Positions 10,123-19,737 of a DNA stretch of 29,191 nt are shown here, in pieces. Position 1 is the first letter of the stretch, and every line of letters begins with the position of its first letter. The notes beneath the pieces are model-generated. The model saw nothing but the letters and a program-made list of their open reading frames with translations. It did no database searches and was not told the DNA's origin. Origin of the DNA: Oligoflexus sp. (GTDB lineage Bacteria > Bdellovibrionota_B > Oligoflexia > Oligoflexales > Oligoflexaceae); contig JBGSTX010000325.1 of the NCBI GenBank assembly GCA_041736305.1, positions 1 to 29,191 on the forward strand, given 5' to 3'. The translations under genes were made by a program, and so were the position numbers.

Positions 10123-10962
10123 CTAGGACTGCAATGCCAGGCGTTTCGCATGAAATGCTATGTGATCGGCGACAAAACTCGCGATAAAGTAGTAGCTGTG
10201 GTCGTAGCCTTCGCGAAGGTGAAATTCGATTTTCTGCCCGGACTTCTGTGCAGCGGCGAGAAGATTCTCCGGCAGGAGCTGCTGGTCTTTAAGAAACTGA
10301 TCTTCGGTACCCTGGTCGATCAGTAAAGGCGAGGGGTGTTTATAGCCAGAAGCTAGTAGATCCGTCGCATCATAGGCGTTCCAGAGTTTGGATTCTGGAC
10401 CGAGATAGCCTCTGAAAGCTTTTTGGCCCCAAGCTGAAAGTAGCGGGTTGGCAATTGGTGCGAAAGCGGAAACGGAGCGAAAGAGCTTTGGATTCCGTAG
10501 ACCAAGAACCAGCGCCCCATGGCCACCCATCGAGTGTCCAAAGATACCAATGCGATCTTCTATCGAAGGATATTGGCTTTTTACCAAGGGCAGCAAATCG
10601 TCGAGAATATAACTATACATCCGATAGTGCTTATTAAAGCCCGCGGTCTCTGCATCGACGTAAAAGCCAGCCCCTTCGCCAAAGTCCCAGGCATCCTGTA
10701 CGCCCGGCAATCCGAGCCCGCGAGGAGAAGTATCCGGACAGACCAGGAGAATTTGGGCTTCGGCCAAATAGCGCTGAGCTCCTGCCTTGCTCATAAAGTT
10801 TTCTTCGGTACAGGTCAAACCTGAAAGCCAGAAGAGACAGCCTTTGATAGGACCTGGCGGCACAAAGAGCGAAAACTTCATAGTGCTGGCTGTTGCTGAA
10901 GACTCGTGCTCACAAAACTGACTGGTCCCACCAAAACTTTTGTACGACTTCGTAATTTTCAC
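10123..10962 (-). CDS. fghA: S-formylglutathione hydrolase
   Basis: WLSGLTCTEENF, PDTSPRG, WDFGEGAGFYVDA, GHSMGGHGAL and GYDHSYYFIASF. Lies directly downstream of the class III ADH gene. Confidence 0.96.
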   Translation of the reverse strand: MKITKSYKSFGGTSQFCEHESSATASTMKFSLFVPPGPIKGCLFWLSGLTCTEENFMSKAGAQRYLAEAQILLVCPDTSPRGLGLPGVQDAWDFGEGAGFYVDAETAGFNKHYRMYSYILDDLLPLVKSQYPSIEDRIGIFGHSMGGHGALVLGLRNPKLFRSVSAFAPIANPLLSAWGQKAFRGYLGPESKLWNAYDATDLLASGYKHPSPLLIDQGTEDQFLKDQQLLPENLLAAAQKSGQKIEFHLREGYDHSYYFIASFVADHIAFHAKRLALQS

Positions 10963-10975
10963 GCCATAAACCCCT

Positions 10976-12088
<1,113 letters not shown>

Positions 12089-12264
12089 TCACCTCATTCA
12101 TTGGCGTGGAGAGGGAAATTGCGTCAAACAATTTGTGAAATCCGAGGGTGTGTCAAGCCAAGAGTCGACCTGCCGAGCGAATATGCTTGCGCTTGAGGCG
12201 GCAAATACGGCATAGCAAGAAACGCGTGATCTTAGAGGAGTGCTTGCATTCCTAAATTACCAAT

Positions 12265-13533
12265 ATGAGAAGGAGCTATCACTTGGCTATTTATTTGCGT
12301 TCAGCGTTGATTCTCTCAATCTCAATCGGAATTTTCTGGCCATTTCATGCCGCAAGCGCAGCTGATTCGGCTCAGCCTGCGACTAAAGATCTAGCTATCG
12401 CAATGCCACACAACATGCCTGGTCTCCTAGGTGCCTCCACTCCACTCGATGAGGGGAAACAACTCTTTCCAGCAGCCTGGTACCAAGCTGTCCTCGATGC
12501 CTATGCGGATACTGTAGTTGGCGATGCCCTGCAGCGCGAGAATCGCTTTGCAGATTGGAAGTTGGTCACCCTGCGCGTGGCACCCTGTGAGCCGATCGGA
12601 GTCATAGCCTCTCGTGATATAGATCGTCTCTGCTGGCCCGAACTTAGGCTAGTTTGGCAACCCGTCTTGAAGAACTTTGTGCGCTTCGGTCGCCAAATCG
12701 AAGCCTTCGCCGACGACCGAGCCATTCATGTCGGATATCCTCTAGCACCCGAGCTCGGCCTTAGCCCGACTGCAGCTGCTCAAGCTCGCCGCTTACTCGC
12801 CAAAGCTGAAAGCGCTCGTGCGAAGGCCAAGCCACCTCTTGAAGTTCTTACTCAGGAAGAACTTGCTCTTCTCGATCAGCTCAGACGCCCGCTTGTGAAG
12901 CAGCTTTTAAGCGCAACCCTAGCCTTGCGCTCACCTAACTCAGACCCCGGTACTTATCAGACGATGGGTTTGAGACCCGAGGCTTTTGACGGCAAGGTAG
13001 CTCAAGCTGATTTCCTCAAGAGACTACGCGGATTCTTGAGCCTTTATGCTCGTCCGAACAATATGGAGACTCTCACTAGCTTTTCGCTCGTCGAAGGACG
13101 CGATCCTCCTCAACTCGACGAGTGGGTTTTTATAGCTTTCAGCGGCTCAGAGTCCGGGATCCAACAACAGCGAATCCCTCTGCATTCTGCTCGGGATGGA
13201 CGCGCCATAGGCCCAGCCCCTCTTTCTCAACACAGTACGATGTCGACCGATGACGAATCTTTCGACGCGTCGTCCTTCAGCAGCAGTGATTGGCTCGAAA
13301 TCCAGAGTTTGGTCCTGCTGGATCCGTCTAGACCTGAGAATATGCAACCCCTAATCACGGACAGGCAAAAAGTACTCATCCGCAACACGAGCTGCGCATC
13401 CTGTCACAAACTTAACAGCCAGAGATTTGATTTTCATAGCTTCAGCTTTCTCGAGGACCAGGAACTGAGCGTGTCACCGCGCGTTGTTCGTGATGTCGAA
13501 CTCGATCTGCAGTGGATCAAGAAAAACCTCTAA
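12265..13533 (+). CDS. Secreted hypothetical protein with a C-terminal CxxCH motif (possible c-type cytochrome)
   Basis: Signal-peptide-like N-terminus (..HAASA/ADS) and CASCH at 13393-13407. The 422 aa ORF fills the space between its neighbours. Confidence 0.7.
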   Translation: MRRSYHLAIYLRSALILSISIGIFWPFHAASAADSAQPATKDLAIAMPHNMPGLLGASTPLDEGKQLFPAAWYQAVLDAYADTVVGDALQRENRFADWKLVTLRVAPCEPIGVIASRDIDRLCWPELRLVWQPVLKNFVRFGRQIEAFADDRAIHVGYPLAPELGLSPTAAAQARRLLAKAESARAKAKPPLEVLTQEELALLDQLRRPLVKQLLSATLALRSPNSDPGTYQTMGLRPEAFDGKVAQADFLKRLRGFLSLYARPNNMETLTSFSLVEGRDPPQLDEWVFIAFSGSESGIQQQRIPLHSARDGRAIGPAPLSQHSTMSTDDESFDASSFSSSDWLEIQSLVLLDPSRPENMQPLITDRQKVLIRNTSCASCHKLNSQRFDFHSFSFLEDQELSVSPRVVRDVELDLQWIKKNL

Positions 13534-13549
13534 ATTGGTGCCCTAGATC

Positions 13550-14848
13550 ATGTCGAAGCTTGAACGTCGCGTTCTCCTCCTTGCCCAGATCTGGCCCGAA
13601 CGAAAAGCTTCTGCAGCAAGCAATCGAACCCTGAGTTTGATCAAAGGTTTTTTGGACGCAGGATATGCTCTGACTGTGAGTGCCGACGGCCGTGAAACCG
13701 ACGGCACCCAATATCTCCGGGAGATCGGCTGCACCTGCGTGCGCATGGCTCCGAACGATAAAGCTTTCGATAGCTGGGTTGCTGAGCTGGCGCCCGCCAT
13801 CACGGTATTTGACCGCTTCACGACCGAAGAGAAATTCAGCTGGCGAGTCCGGGCTGCCTGCCCCCAATCGATCCGCGTACTCGATACCATTGACTTGCAT
13901 TTTCTTCGTCTTGGGCGTGAAAAAGCCCTGCGTGCTGGGAAAGAATCGCCCCTCTCTTGGTCTGAGCTGCGCGAATACTCGGGGGACATCCTGCTGCGGG
14001 AGCTAGCTTCTATCTATCGCTCCGACCTCAGCCTCCTCACCTCCGATTTTGAAATGAAGCTCCTCGCAGAGAACTGCGGCGTAGCTCCTTCTCTTTTTCA
14101 GCTCTGCCGTCTCGTGTACCCCAAGCCTCTAAGCCTAGACTCCTCGTCTTTGCCCTTGCCTTTGCCTTTGCCTTTGGCTCCTTTTGAAAGCCGCAAGGGA
14201 TTTATGATGCTAGGTACCTTTCGGCATCCACCCAACGAGGACTCCCTCCAATACCTTCGCTACCAGCTCTGGCCGCGCATAAGAGCCAAACTTCCCGGCG
14301 TTGAGGTAAGGATTTGGGGCGCTCATGCCCAGCCTCGACATCTTGCCTTAAGCGATCACACCAGCGGACTGAAAGTTAAAGGGCACTTAGACAATCTAGG
14401 AGAAGCTTTTGCGAGGAGCAGAGTGAACCTCGCTCCCCTTCGCTATGGAGCTGGCATCAAGGGTAAAATCGCTGATGGATGGACCTTTGGCACGCCTGCT
14501 TTAGCTACGTCGGTCGCAGCTGAAGGCATGCATGGTGATCTGCCTTTCGGAGGTCTTGTCAGAGACGGCTTGGATGCTCTGGTGGAGGGTGCTGTTGCAC
14601 TTTACGAGGATGCAAATCTTTGGGCAGAATCTGTACAATCGGGTCTCCGTATCATAGATACGCTCTATAATCAGGACGAGACCATTCTTCGACTCTTAGG
14701 CCGCTTAGAGAGTTTGCAAGTGGAATCAGGACGCTTTGATAATATGCTGGGAGAAATCCTTTGGCAGCAGAGTCTCCGCAGCACCGAATATTTCTCTCGA
14801 TGGCTGGAAGCTAAAGGAGATGCCAAACGAGGCCTCATTTCAGAATAA
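13550..14848 (+). CDS. Glycosyltransferase (GT-B fold, family 4-like)
   Basis: GTFRHPPN.D, LAPLRYGAGIKGKI and GTPALATSVAAEGM motifs. Confidence 0.85.
   Translation: MSKLERRVLLLAQIWPERKASAASNRTLSLIKGFLDAGYALTVSADGRETDGTQYLREIGCTCVRMAPNDKAFDSWVAELAPAITVFDRFTTEEKFSWRVRAACPQSIRVLDTIDLHFLRLGREKALRAGKESPLSWSELREYSGDILLRELASIYRSDLSLLTSDFEMKLLAENCGVAPSLFQLCRLVYPKPLSLDSSSLPLPLPLPLAPFESRKGFMMLGTFRHPPNEDSLQYLRYQLWPRIRAKLPGVEVRIWGAHAQPRHLALSDHTSGLKVKGHLDNLGEAFARSRVNLAPLRYGAGIKGKIADGWTFGTPALATSVAAEGMHGDLPFGGLVRDGLDALVEGAVALYEDANLWAESVQSGLRIIDTLYNQDETILRLLGRLESLQVESGRFDNMLGEILWQQSLRSTEYFSRWLEAKGDAKRGLISE
14150..14179 (+). repeat. In-frame hexanucleotide tandem repeat (TTGCCY)x4 + TTGGCT encoding LPLPLPLPLA
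   Basis: ttgccc ttgcct ttgcct ttgcct ttggct read directly from the sequence. Confidence 0.8.
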
Positions 14849-15809
14849 CATCAAAAGTACCTTCTTGACGCAAATCGCTAAGAGCCACCCAAACCTCCGC
14901 GCGTCCTGCTAATGCGTCCACCAGAGACGAGGCTTCTATAATTTCCGCGTCGCTCATAGGGAAGCTAAATTTATAGCCAAGAGGGCAATTAATTGCGGCA
15001 TCGATAAATCTCTCGTCATCGTCGCTGAGGGCCCATTTTGCGGCTAAACTGCTGTCGATCCGGCGGCACAAGAATCGCTTTCGAGCATTACAATCCTGGA
15101 CATTGAAGCGGGCGAATGTAGAATGTACTACACCGTTACGAGCTGCGTGGTCGACTCGTTCAGCCTCGTTTACAAATGCGACACAATCTTCGTTTCCCTG
15201 GACGTTATTTGGCTCGGTAGTAAGCCAATGATCTTTATTAAGTACAAGCGAAAACGGGGTTTCAGCTAGAGCTGCAAAAGTTGCCGGGGGCGCATTGTTA
15301 AAACCTACCGAGAGTTCGATTTTGTTCATGAACATCGTGTTAGGACCATCGGATATCTGCCAAGATAAGCCCGCGCTAGTGTTTTGTGCCAACACTGTTA
15401 GGGGCATGGGCATTCCCTTGAGATCCAACTTAGCGAAGCTAGCGGTGACTTTGGCATTTTTCGCCTCAACAGAATTGAGATTGCAGTTCAGCACCCACGC
15501 TGCTGTTTTGTTTTGTATTTGCGGATTCTGGTGGGAACAAGTCAAGAAAGCTCCGCCTATTGCAACGGGCTCGAAGCTTATATCTTTTTCGTTGATCACT
15601 TCGGGAACTTTTTCATCGGCAACTTTCGGCATTTCTTCTTCGCCAGAGATATCTGAATGCTCAGGAATACCCCTGCCGAAAAAATCGTCCGGACTGCTCG
15701 CGTTGTCAGACTGGTTCTGACCTTGCCGAAAGGAGTCATTCAAACGATTCTTGAAGCCGCATGAAGCGACGAAGATCAAGATGACTAAGGGGGTAATCGA
15801 AGCTCGCAT
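14835..15809 (-). CDS. Lipoprotein with a C-terminal C-type-lectin-like domain
   Basis: Lipobox FVASC and a low-complexity linker. W..EPNN...EDC...C...FLC and VWVALSD...EGTF are CTLD motifs. Confidence 0.75.
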   Translation of the reverse strand: MRASITPLVILIFVASCGFKNRLNDSFRQGQNQSDNASSPDDFFGRGIPEHSDISGEEEMPKVADEKVPEVINEKDISFEPVAIGGAFLTCSHQNPQIQNKTAAWVLNCNLNSVEAKNAKVTASFAKLDLKGMPMPLTVLAQNTSAGLSWQISDGPNTMFMNKIELSVGFNNAPPATFAALAETPFSLVLNKDHWLTTEPNNVQGNEDCVAFVNEAERVDHAARNGVVHSTFARFNVQDCNARKRFLCRRIDSSLAAKWALSDDDERFIDAAINCPLGYKFSFPMSDAEIIEASSLVDALAGRAEVWVALSDLRQEGTFDVILK

Positions 15810-15956
15810 TATTTTGCCTCTTCTTGTTGCATGCAGTATGATCGGTGCAATTCGGGCCGAGATAAATTGTCTCTATTTACGCCATCAATTTCGCACAGTT
15901 ACACGCTTGAATAAGTTATGAAAAATTTTTTGAAGGTGAATTGAGGTGGTCTCAAA

Positions 15957-17663
15957 ATGAATCTCAAGGAAGAATCTTTCATACTTTTCGACTTTCAGAC
16001 CAGTGGTACGAATGCAGATGACTGCTATATAATCGAAGCGGGTTGGGGGCTCTATCGAGCTGAGGATCGGCCAGAAAATACCGTTTGGTATAATCATCAG
16101 ATCAAACTACCTCCCGGCGTACACTTACCAGCCCGTATCCAGCACCTGACAGGACTCTTAGGTGAAGCGAAGGAAGACTCTCTCACTTACGCTGAGCTAG
16201 GGGCAGCCCTGGGGACTTTTCTTGAATGCCATCCCACTCTAGCGATCCTGATTCATTACGCCCGCTTCAAGCAGCCTTTTCTCACTCGATTACTCGAGGA
16301 TCATGGCCTGGATACATCCGCCGTCAGTAAACGCGTAATCTGCACCTATCAGCTAGCAAAAAACTTAGTTCCTCAGTTGAAGTCTTACAGTTTGCGCGCG
16401 GTCGCTGGGTATGCGAACTATTCTCTGGGTGAGAAGAAGAGGACCAAAGACCATCTTCTAGCTACCGCCTATGCATGGCGATATCTCGAAAATAGTATCC
16501 ATCTTGCCGAAGCGTATGAGCTAACTCAGCTGCCAGAAATCCTAGCCGAGTATCGGCCAGCAGTCGACATGGGCAGCAAACCCAATCTCCACACAGAGGA
16601 GCTACGGACTAAACGTCTAGCTCTCCCGAATGAAGCCGGCATCTATTTCTTTGTCGATCGTTCTGATCGAGTTCTCTACGTTGGCAAGGCTCGGCAGCTC
16701 AAAGCGCGCGTTAATTCTTACTTCCGTGGAAAAAAAACCAAAGGCAGCCGCCTCAATGAAATGCTGACGCGAGCTGTGGATCTGCGCGTTAAGATTTGTC
16801 AGACAGAACTTGAAGCTCTCCTCGAAGAAAGCGATGCCATCAAGCGCCACAACCCACCTTACAACATCCTCCTGACCCAGGCGTCTCGAGGTGTTCATTG
16901 GCTCAATGCGAAAATCTTCGGCAAGGATAACTTGGTCTGGGGTCCCTTATCATCCCTTTGGACCTGGCACAGTCTCCAGCCCTTCCTAGAGACTTCATCC
17001 ATCCCAGGTTCACGGGCCGCTCGACTCGAACGCTTAATGGGAAAGAAGGGAATCGCCGATTCCTGGCTGGATGAGTCACTTATACATTGGCTCAGTAAAT
17101 ATGGACTGGCGGAACCTAGTCTCCTCCTCAATTTTGGAGACAAAGCCCAACACCTCTTCACGCTCGCGCCCGCCATCTGGAAAGAAGTTAGAGCCGAACG
17201 ATCGCGTTCAGTCGATGAAAAGCCAAGCGAATGGGAGTCTGTGGCCGAAGAAGAAGAATTTGCAGGGGAAAATGAGGACTTAACCGCCGAAGATCTCCAC
17301 GCGATACTCTATAAAACCCTCGGTCACTTATGCTATCAAATTCATCGGGGGCGATGGCTGCTGAGACTCCTGGAAGCCGAAATTACCTGGGAATTCGCAG
17401 CCGATTCTAAGGCAAAATACCGAGTCTCGTCCCATCACGGTGTAATAAACATTCGCGAGGAAAGCGGCCCTATCGAGGCCCCTCCAGCCTATAGCACAAG
17501 TCGCCGAGAACGTTCTGCTCTCATTAATTTAGCCTGCTTCGATCGTCTCAGCATTCTCTACAGCGCAATCAAGCGCGGCCTCCAAGGCGGAGATCGCATC
17601 AGACTCTGTTTAAGGCCAGGCCTAGTTCTCGACGAAAACTCTTTACGTACCCAAATTATCTGA
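15957..17663 (+). CDS. DEDDh (DnaQ-like) exonuclease-fold domain fused to a UvrC/Cho-type GIY-YIG endonuclease
   Basis: N-terminal DnaQ-like pattern (DFQTSG, IIEAG, I..LTG, HYARF..PFL, ICT..LA, SYSL). GIY-YIG motif LPNEAGIYFF.D...VLYVGKA..LKARV.SYF, followed by ELEALLEE...IK...PPYN. GAGGTGG RBS. Confidence 0.85.
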   Translation: MNLKEESFILFDFQTSGTNADDCYIIEAGWGLYRAEDRPENTVWYNHQIKLPPGVHLPARIQHLTGLLGEAKEDSLTYAELGAALGTFLECHPTLAILIHYARFKQPFLTRLLEDHGLDTSAVSKRVICTYQLAKNLVPQLKSYSLRAVAGYANYSLGEKKRTKDHLLATAYAWRYLENSIHLAEAYELTQLPEILAEYRPAVDMGSKPNLHTEELRTKRLALPNEAGIYFFVDRSDRVLYVGKARQLKARVNSYFRGKKTKGSRLNEMLTRAVDLRVKICQTELEALLEESDAIKRHNPPYNILLTQASRGVHWLNAKIFGKDNLVWGPLSSLWTWHSLQPFLETSSIPGSRAARLERLMGKKGIADSWLDESLIHWLSKYGLAEPSLLLNFGDKAQHLFTLAPAIWKEVRAERSRSVDEKPSEWESVAEEEEFAGENEDLTAEDLHAILYKTLGHLCYQIHRGRWLLRLLEAEITWEFAADSKAKYRVSSHHGVINIREESGPIEAPPAYSTSRRERSALINLACFDRLSILYSAIKRGLQGGDRIRLCLRPGLVLDENSLRTQII

Positions 17664-17675
17664 TCGCTTAGCGGC

Positions 17676-18299
17676 TTATAGAGAGCGAAGCACGGCTCTC
17701 ACCGGTGAGGCATCTGCTCCCTCGATCGCAAGCGGCAATGCGATAAGTTCGTAGAGTCCTGGCGAGGCCAGTGTAAGATCTATTCCTTCTAAAATAGCCA
17801 TATCATGATGAAAGATCGCATGATGCGACAAGAGATCTTTCGCACTCGCTGGATCGATCGACGGCGTATCGATACCAATGAGTCGTACATCGCGGCTGGC
17901 TAGTTCATGAATTAGTTCGGGAGAGAGGGAAGCAAAATTTTCTTGGAAAGGTTCCTGGTGAGCGAAAGTCAGGCTTCGAAATAAAACTCTTGGTGCAGAG
18001 ACTGCTTTGAGATTAATGTCCGAAGCCAGTAGCCTCCGGGGGCCCACATGGCTCACATCGATCACCTGACAAGGGCCCATATAGTAATCGAGCGATCGCT
18101 TCTCAATGCTCACTCCCTCAGCATGATAGTGATAGGGAGCATCAGCATGAGCTCCAATATGGACAGTCGACTTTATCCAAGAGAGGCTGAGGTGAGCTCC
18201 CTTGTCCCAGTCGAGCATGATTTGGCGCTCGAACGCCTGGTCCCCTGGGAAAACAGGGCTCTCGGGGCGAATAGGGGGAGAAATATCAATATAGCTCAT
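17676..18299 (-). CDS. kynB: Kynurenine formamidase (arylformamidase, cyclase family)
   Basis: DISPP...VFPGD, metal motif HIGAHADAPYH, YMGPC, LIGIDTPS.DP..SxxL..H, MAILEG and YELIALPL...DASPVRAVLR closely resemble Pseudomonas/Bacillus KynB. GGAG RBS. Confidence 0.9.
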   Translation of the reverse strand: MSYIDISPPIRPESPVFPGDQAFERQIMLDWDKGAHLSLSWIKSTVHIGAHADAPYHYHAEGVSIEKRSLDYYMGPCQVIDVSHVGPRRLLASDINLKAVSAPRVLFRSLTFAHQEPFQENFASLSPELIHELASRDVRLIGIDTPSIDPASAKDLLSHHAIFHHDMAILEGIDLTLASPGLYELIALPLAIEGADASPVRAVLRSL

Positions 18300-18321
18300 G
18301 ATTATGGCTCTCCAATTTTTG

Positions 18322-19737
18322 CTAAGGCCTCGCTAATACCTTGAACTCCACAGCTATTGGTGTGGGAAGCGCTCCGACCTCGACCGTAGTACGGGTCGGC
18401 CTAATCGAAGCAAAAACTTCATTGTACACTTCATTGTAAGCGGCGAAGTCGTGCTGCATATCGGTAAGAAACACCTGAATGTCGATGATTTTTTCGAGAC
18501 TCGATCCAGCTTCCTCGAGGACTTTGCGGAGGTTTTCAATGACTGAACGCGTTTGCTCGCGGATATCGTAGCTGAGGAGCTTGCCATCTGGGTCGAAGAC
18601 GGCCCCAGGAATCTCCTTGCTGCCTAGTCGCCTGGGACCGATGCCGGAGAGAAAGAGTAAATCGCCATAACGCCGGGCATGGGGGTAGGCTCCTACGGGT
18701 TCTGCAGCTTTCGTGCTGACGATCTCATAGTCCAGAGGGCCTATGCTTTTAATAGCAGGCGCTGTGCTTTCCAGGCTCACTCTCGAACGAGGGGTGGCTG
18801 GCCGGCTCAATCCTTCGAAATCAGTTAACTCTTCGACAAGCTCAGCCTGGCTACCTTCTTCCGAGCGAGCGTAGGCCTCGGGATCCGGAGCAAAAATGGG
18901 TCGAGTGGGTTTCAGACCTACCACCGCCGCTCCGCTCCCCATGACTGCTTCGTAGCCATAGACTCGTCCTTCAAAATCGTTCGACTGACCGAGCAGGCCA
19001 TTCAGCCACCAGATCCCTTTGAACTTCATGTCGCCGTTGGCTTGCCTCGCAAAATCGCGTGCACACTGGGAAACGTCTTCGACGTGACCCATAGCCAGCA
19101 TATCGAGTATCTTGCGATTCCATTCGTCGTCTTTTTTCGAGGAGAGGCGATCTTCCCGAGGATCGATCTTTTGGACGTGGAAACGGTTTGAAAGATTCGA
19201 GACCAAGACTACGACCGCACGCTTGCCTGAAGCAGCTAAGGCCCGAGCCGCAGCCTGACCGATTCTCGTCGTCTCTTCCTTTTCACTGTACATATTGCAC
19301 GACACTATAGCCGCCGGCAGCTCATTATTGGGATTGAGGAGCTTCTGCGCGACGATGGTACCTGTATCGATAGGGAAGCCCCGATAATTGATCAGCCTTG
19401 TCTTGTAGGAGAGACGGGCGACTTCATCGGCATACTGCTCCGCAAAAGGAATATCACATTTGAACTGATAGGGAATGGAACCTAAGTCATGCCAGTTCTG
19501 GTCGACGTGAACCCAGGAAGGCTCAGGATCAGCCTGAAACATATAGCCGAGAATTGAAAGCCATTGAGTCGAAAAATATAAGATGAGATCGGCTTCTTTG
19601 GACGCTGACTCGATCTCTTTTTGAACTTCGGTATAGGCATCTCGAAGCCGCTGCCACGTAGGCGAACGTTCAGGAGCCAGGAGAATTTGCGGCATACCGC
19701 TGACTATGTAAGCCTGAGTAACTAGTCCTTCGTTCAT
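18322..19737 (-). CDS. amnA: Fusion of 2-aminophenol 1,6-dioxygenase alpha subunit (N-terminal) and RidA-family 2-aminomuconate deaminase (C-terminal)
   Basis: The N-terminal domain has FSTQWL, VHVDQNW, NYRGFPIDTGTI, IDPREDR..DDEWNR and GSGAAVV, as in AmnA/CnbCa. The C-terminal ~135 aa have PVGAYPHARR.GDLLFLSG, DF..YN.VY and PTRTTVEV.ALPTPIAVEFK. ATG at 19737 overlaps the upstream TGA (TGATG). Confidence 0.88.
   Translation of the reverse strand: MNEGLVTQAYIVSGMPQILLAPERSPTWQRLRDAYTEVQKEIESASKEADLILYFSTQWLSILGYMFQADPEPSWVHVDQNWHDLGSIPYQFKCDIPFAEQYADEVARLSYKTRLINYRGFPIDTGTIVAQKLLNPNNELPAAIVSCNMYSEKEETTRIGQAAARALAASGKRAVVVLVSNLSNRFHVQKIDPREDRLSSKKDDEWNRKILDMLAMGHVEDVSQCARDFARQANGDMKFKGIWWLNGLLGQSNDFEGRVYGYEAVMGSGAAVVGLKPTRPIFAPDPEAYARSEEGSQAELVEELTDFEGLSRPATPRSRVSLESTAPAIKSIGPLDYEIVSTKAAEPVGAYPHARRYGDLLFLSGIGPRRLGSKEIPGAVFDPDGKLLSYDIREQTRSVIENLRKVLEEAGSSLEKIIDIQVFLTDMQHDFAAYNEVYNEVFASIRPTRTTVEVGALPTPIAVEFKVLARP

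Noticed and set aside
13517-14006. Several overlapping alternative-frame ORFs of 108-148 aa
   Set aside because: They are shadow ORFs of the glycosyltransferase with no motifs. The same applies to the other short ORFs nested in long genes across the window.
15957-17663. Anti-phage defence or mobile homing endonuclease
   Set aside because: The GIY-YIG domain is of the UvrC/Cho type, and no defence or mobility genes flank it.
17676-18299. Cyclase-family protein as an isatin hydrolase (indole pathway)
   Set aside because: Its length and motifs (HxGAHxDAPxH, GIDTPSxDP, DASPVRAVLR) fit KynB better, and no indole oxygenase genes are present. Not fully excluded without an assay.
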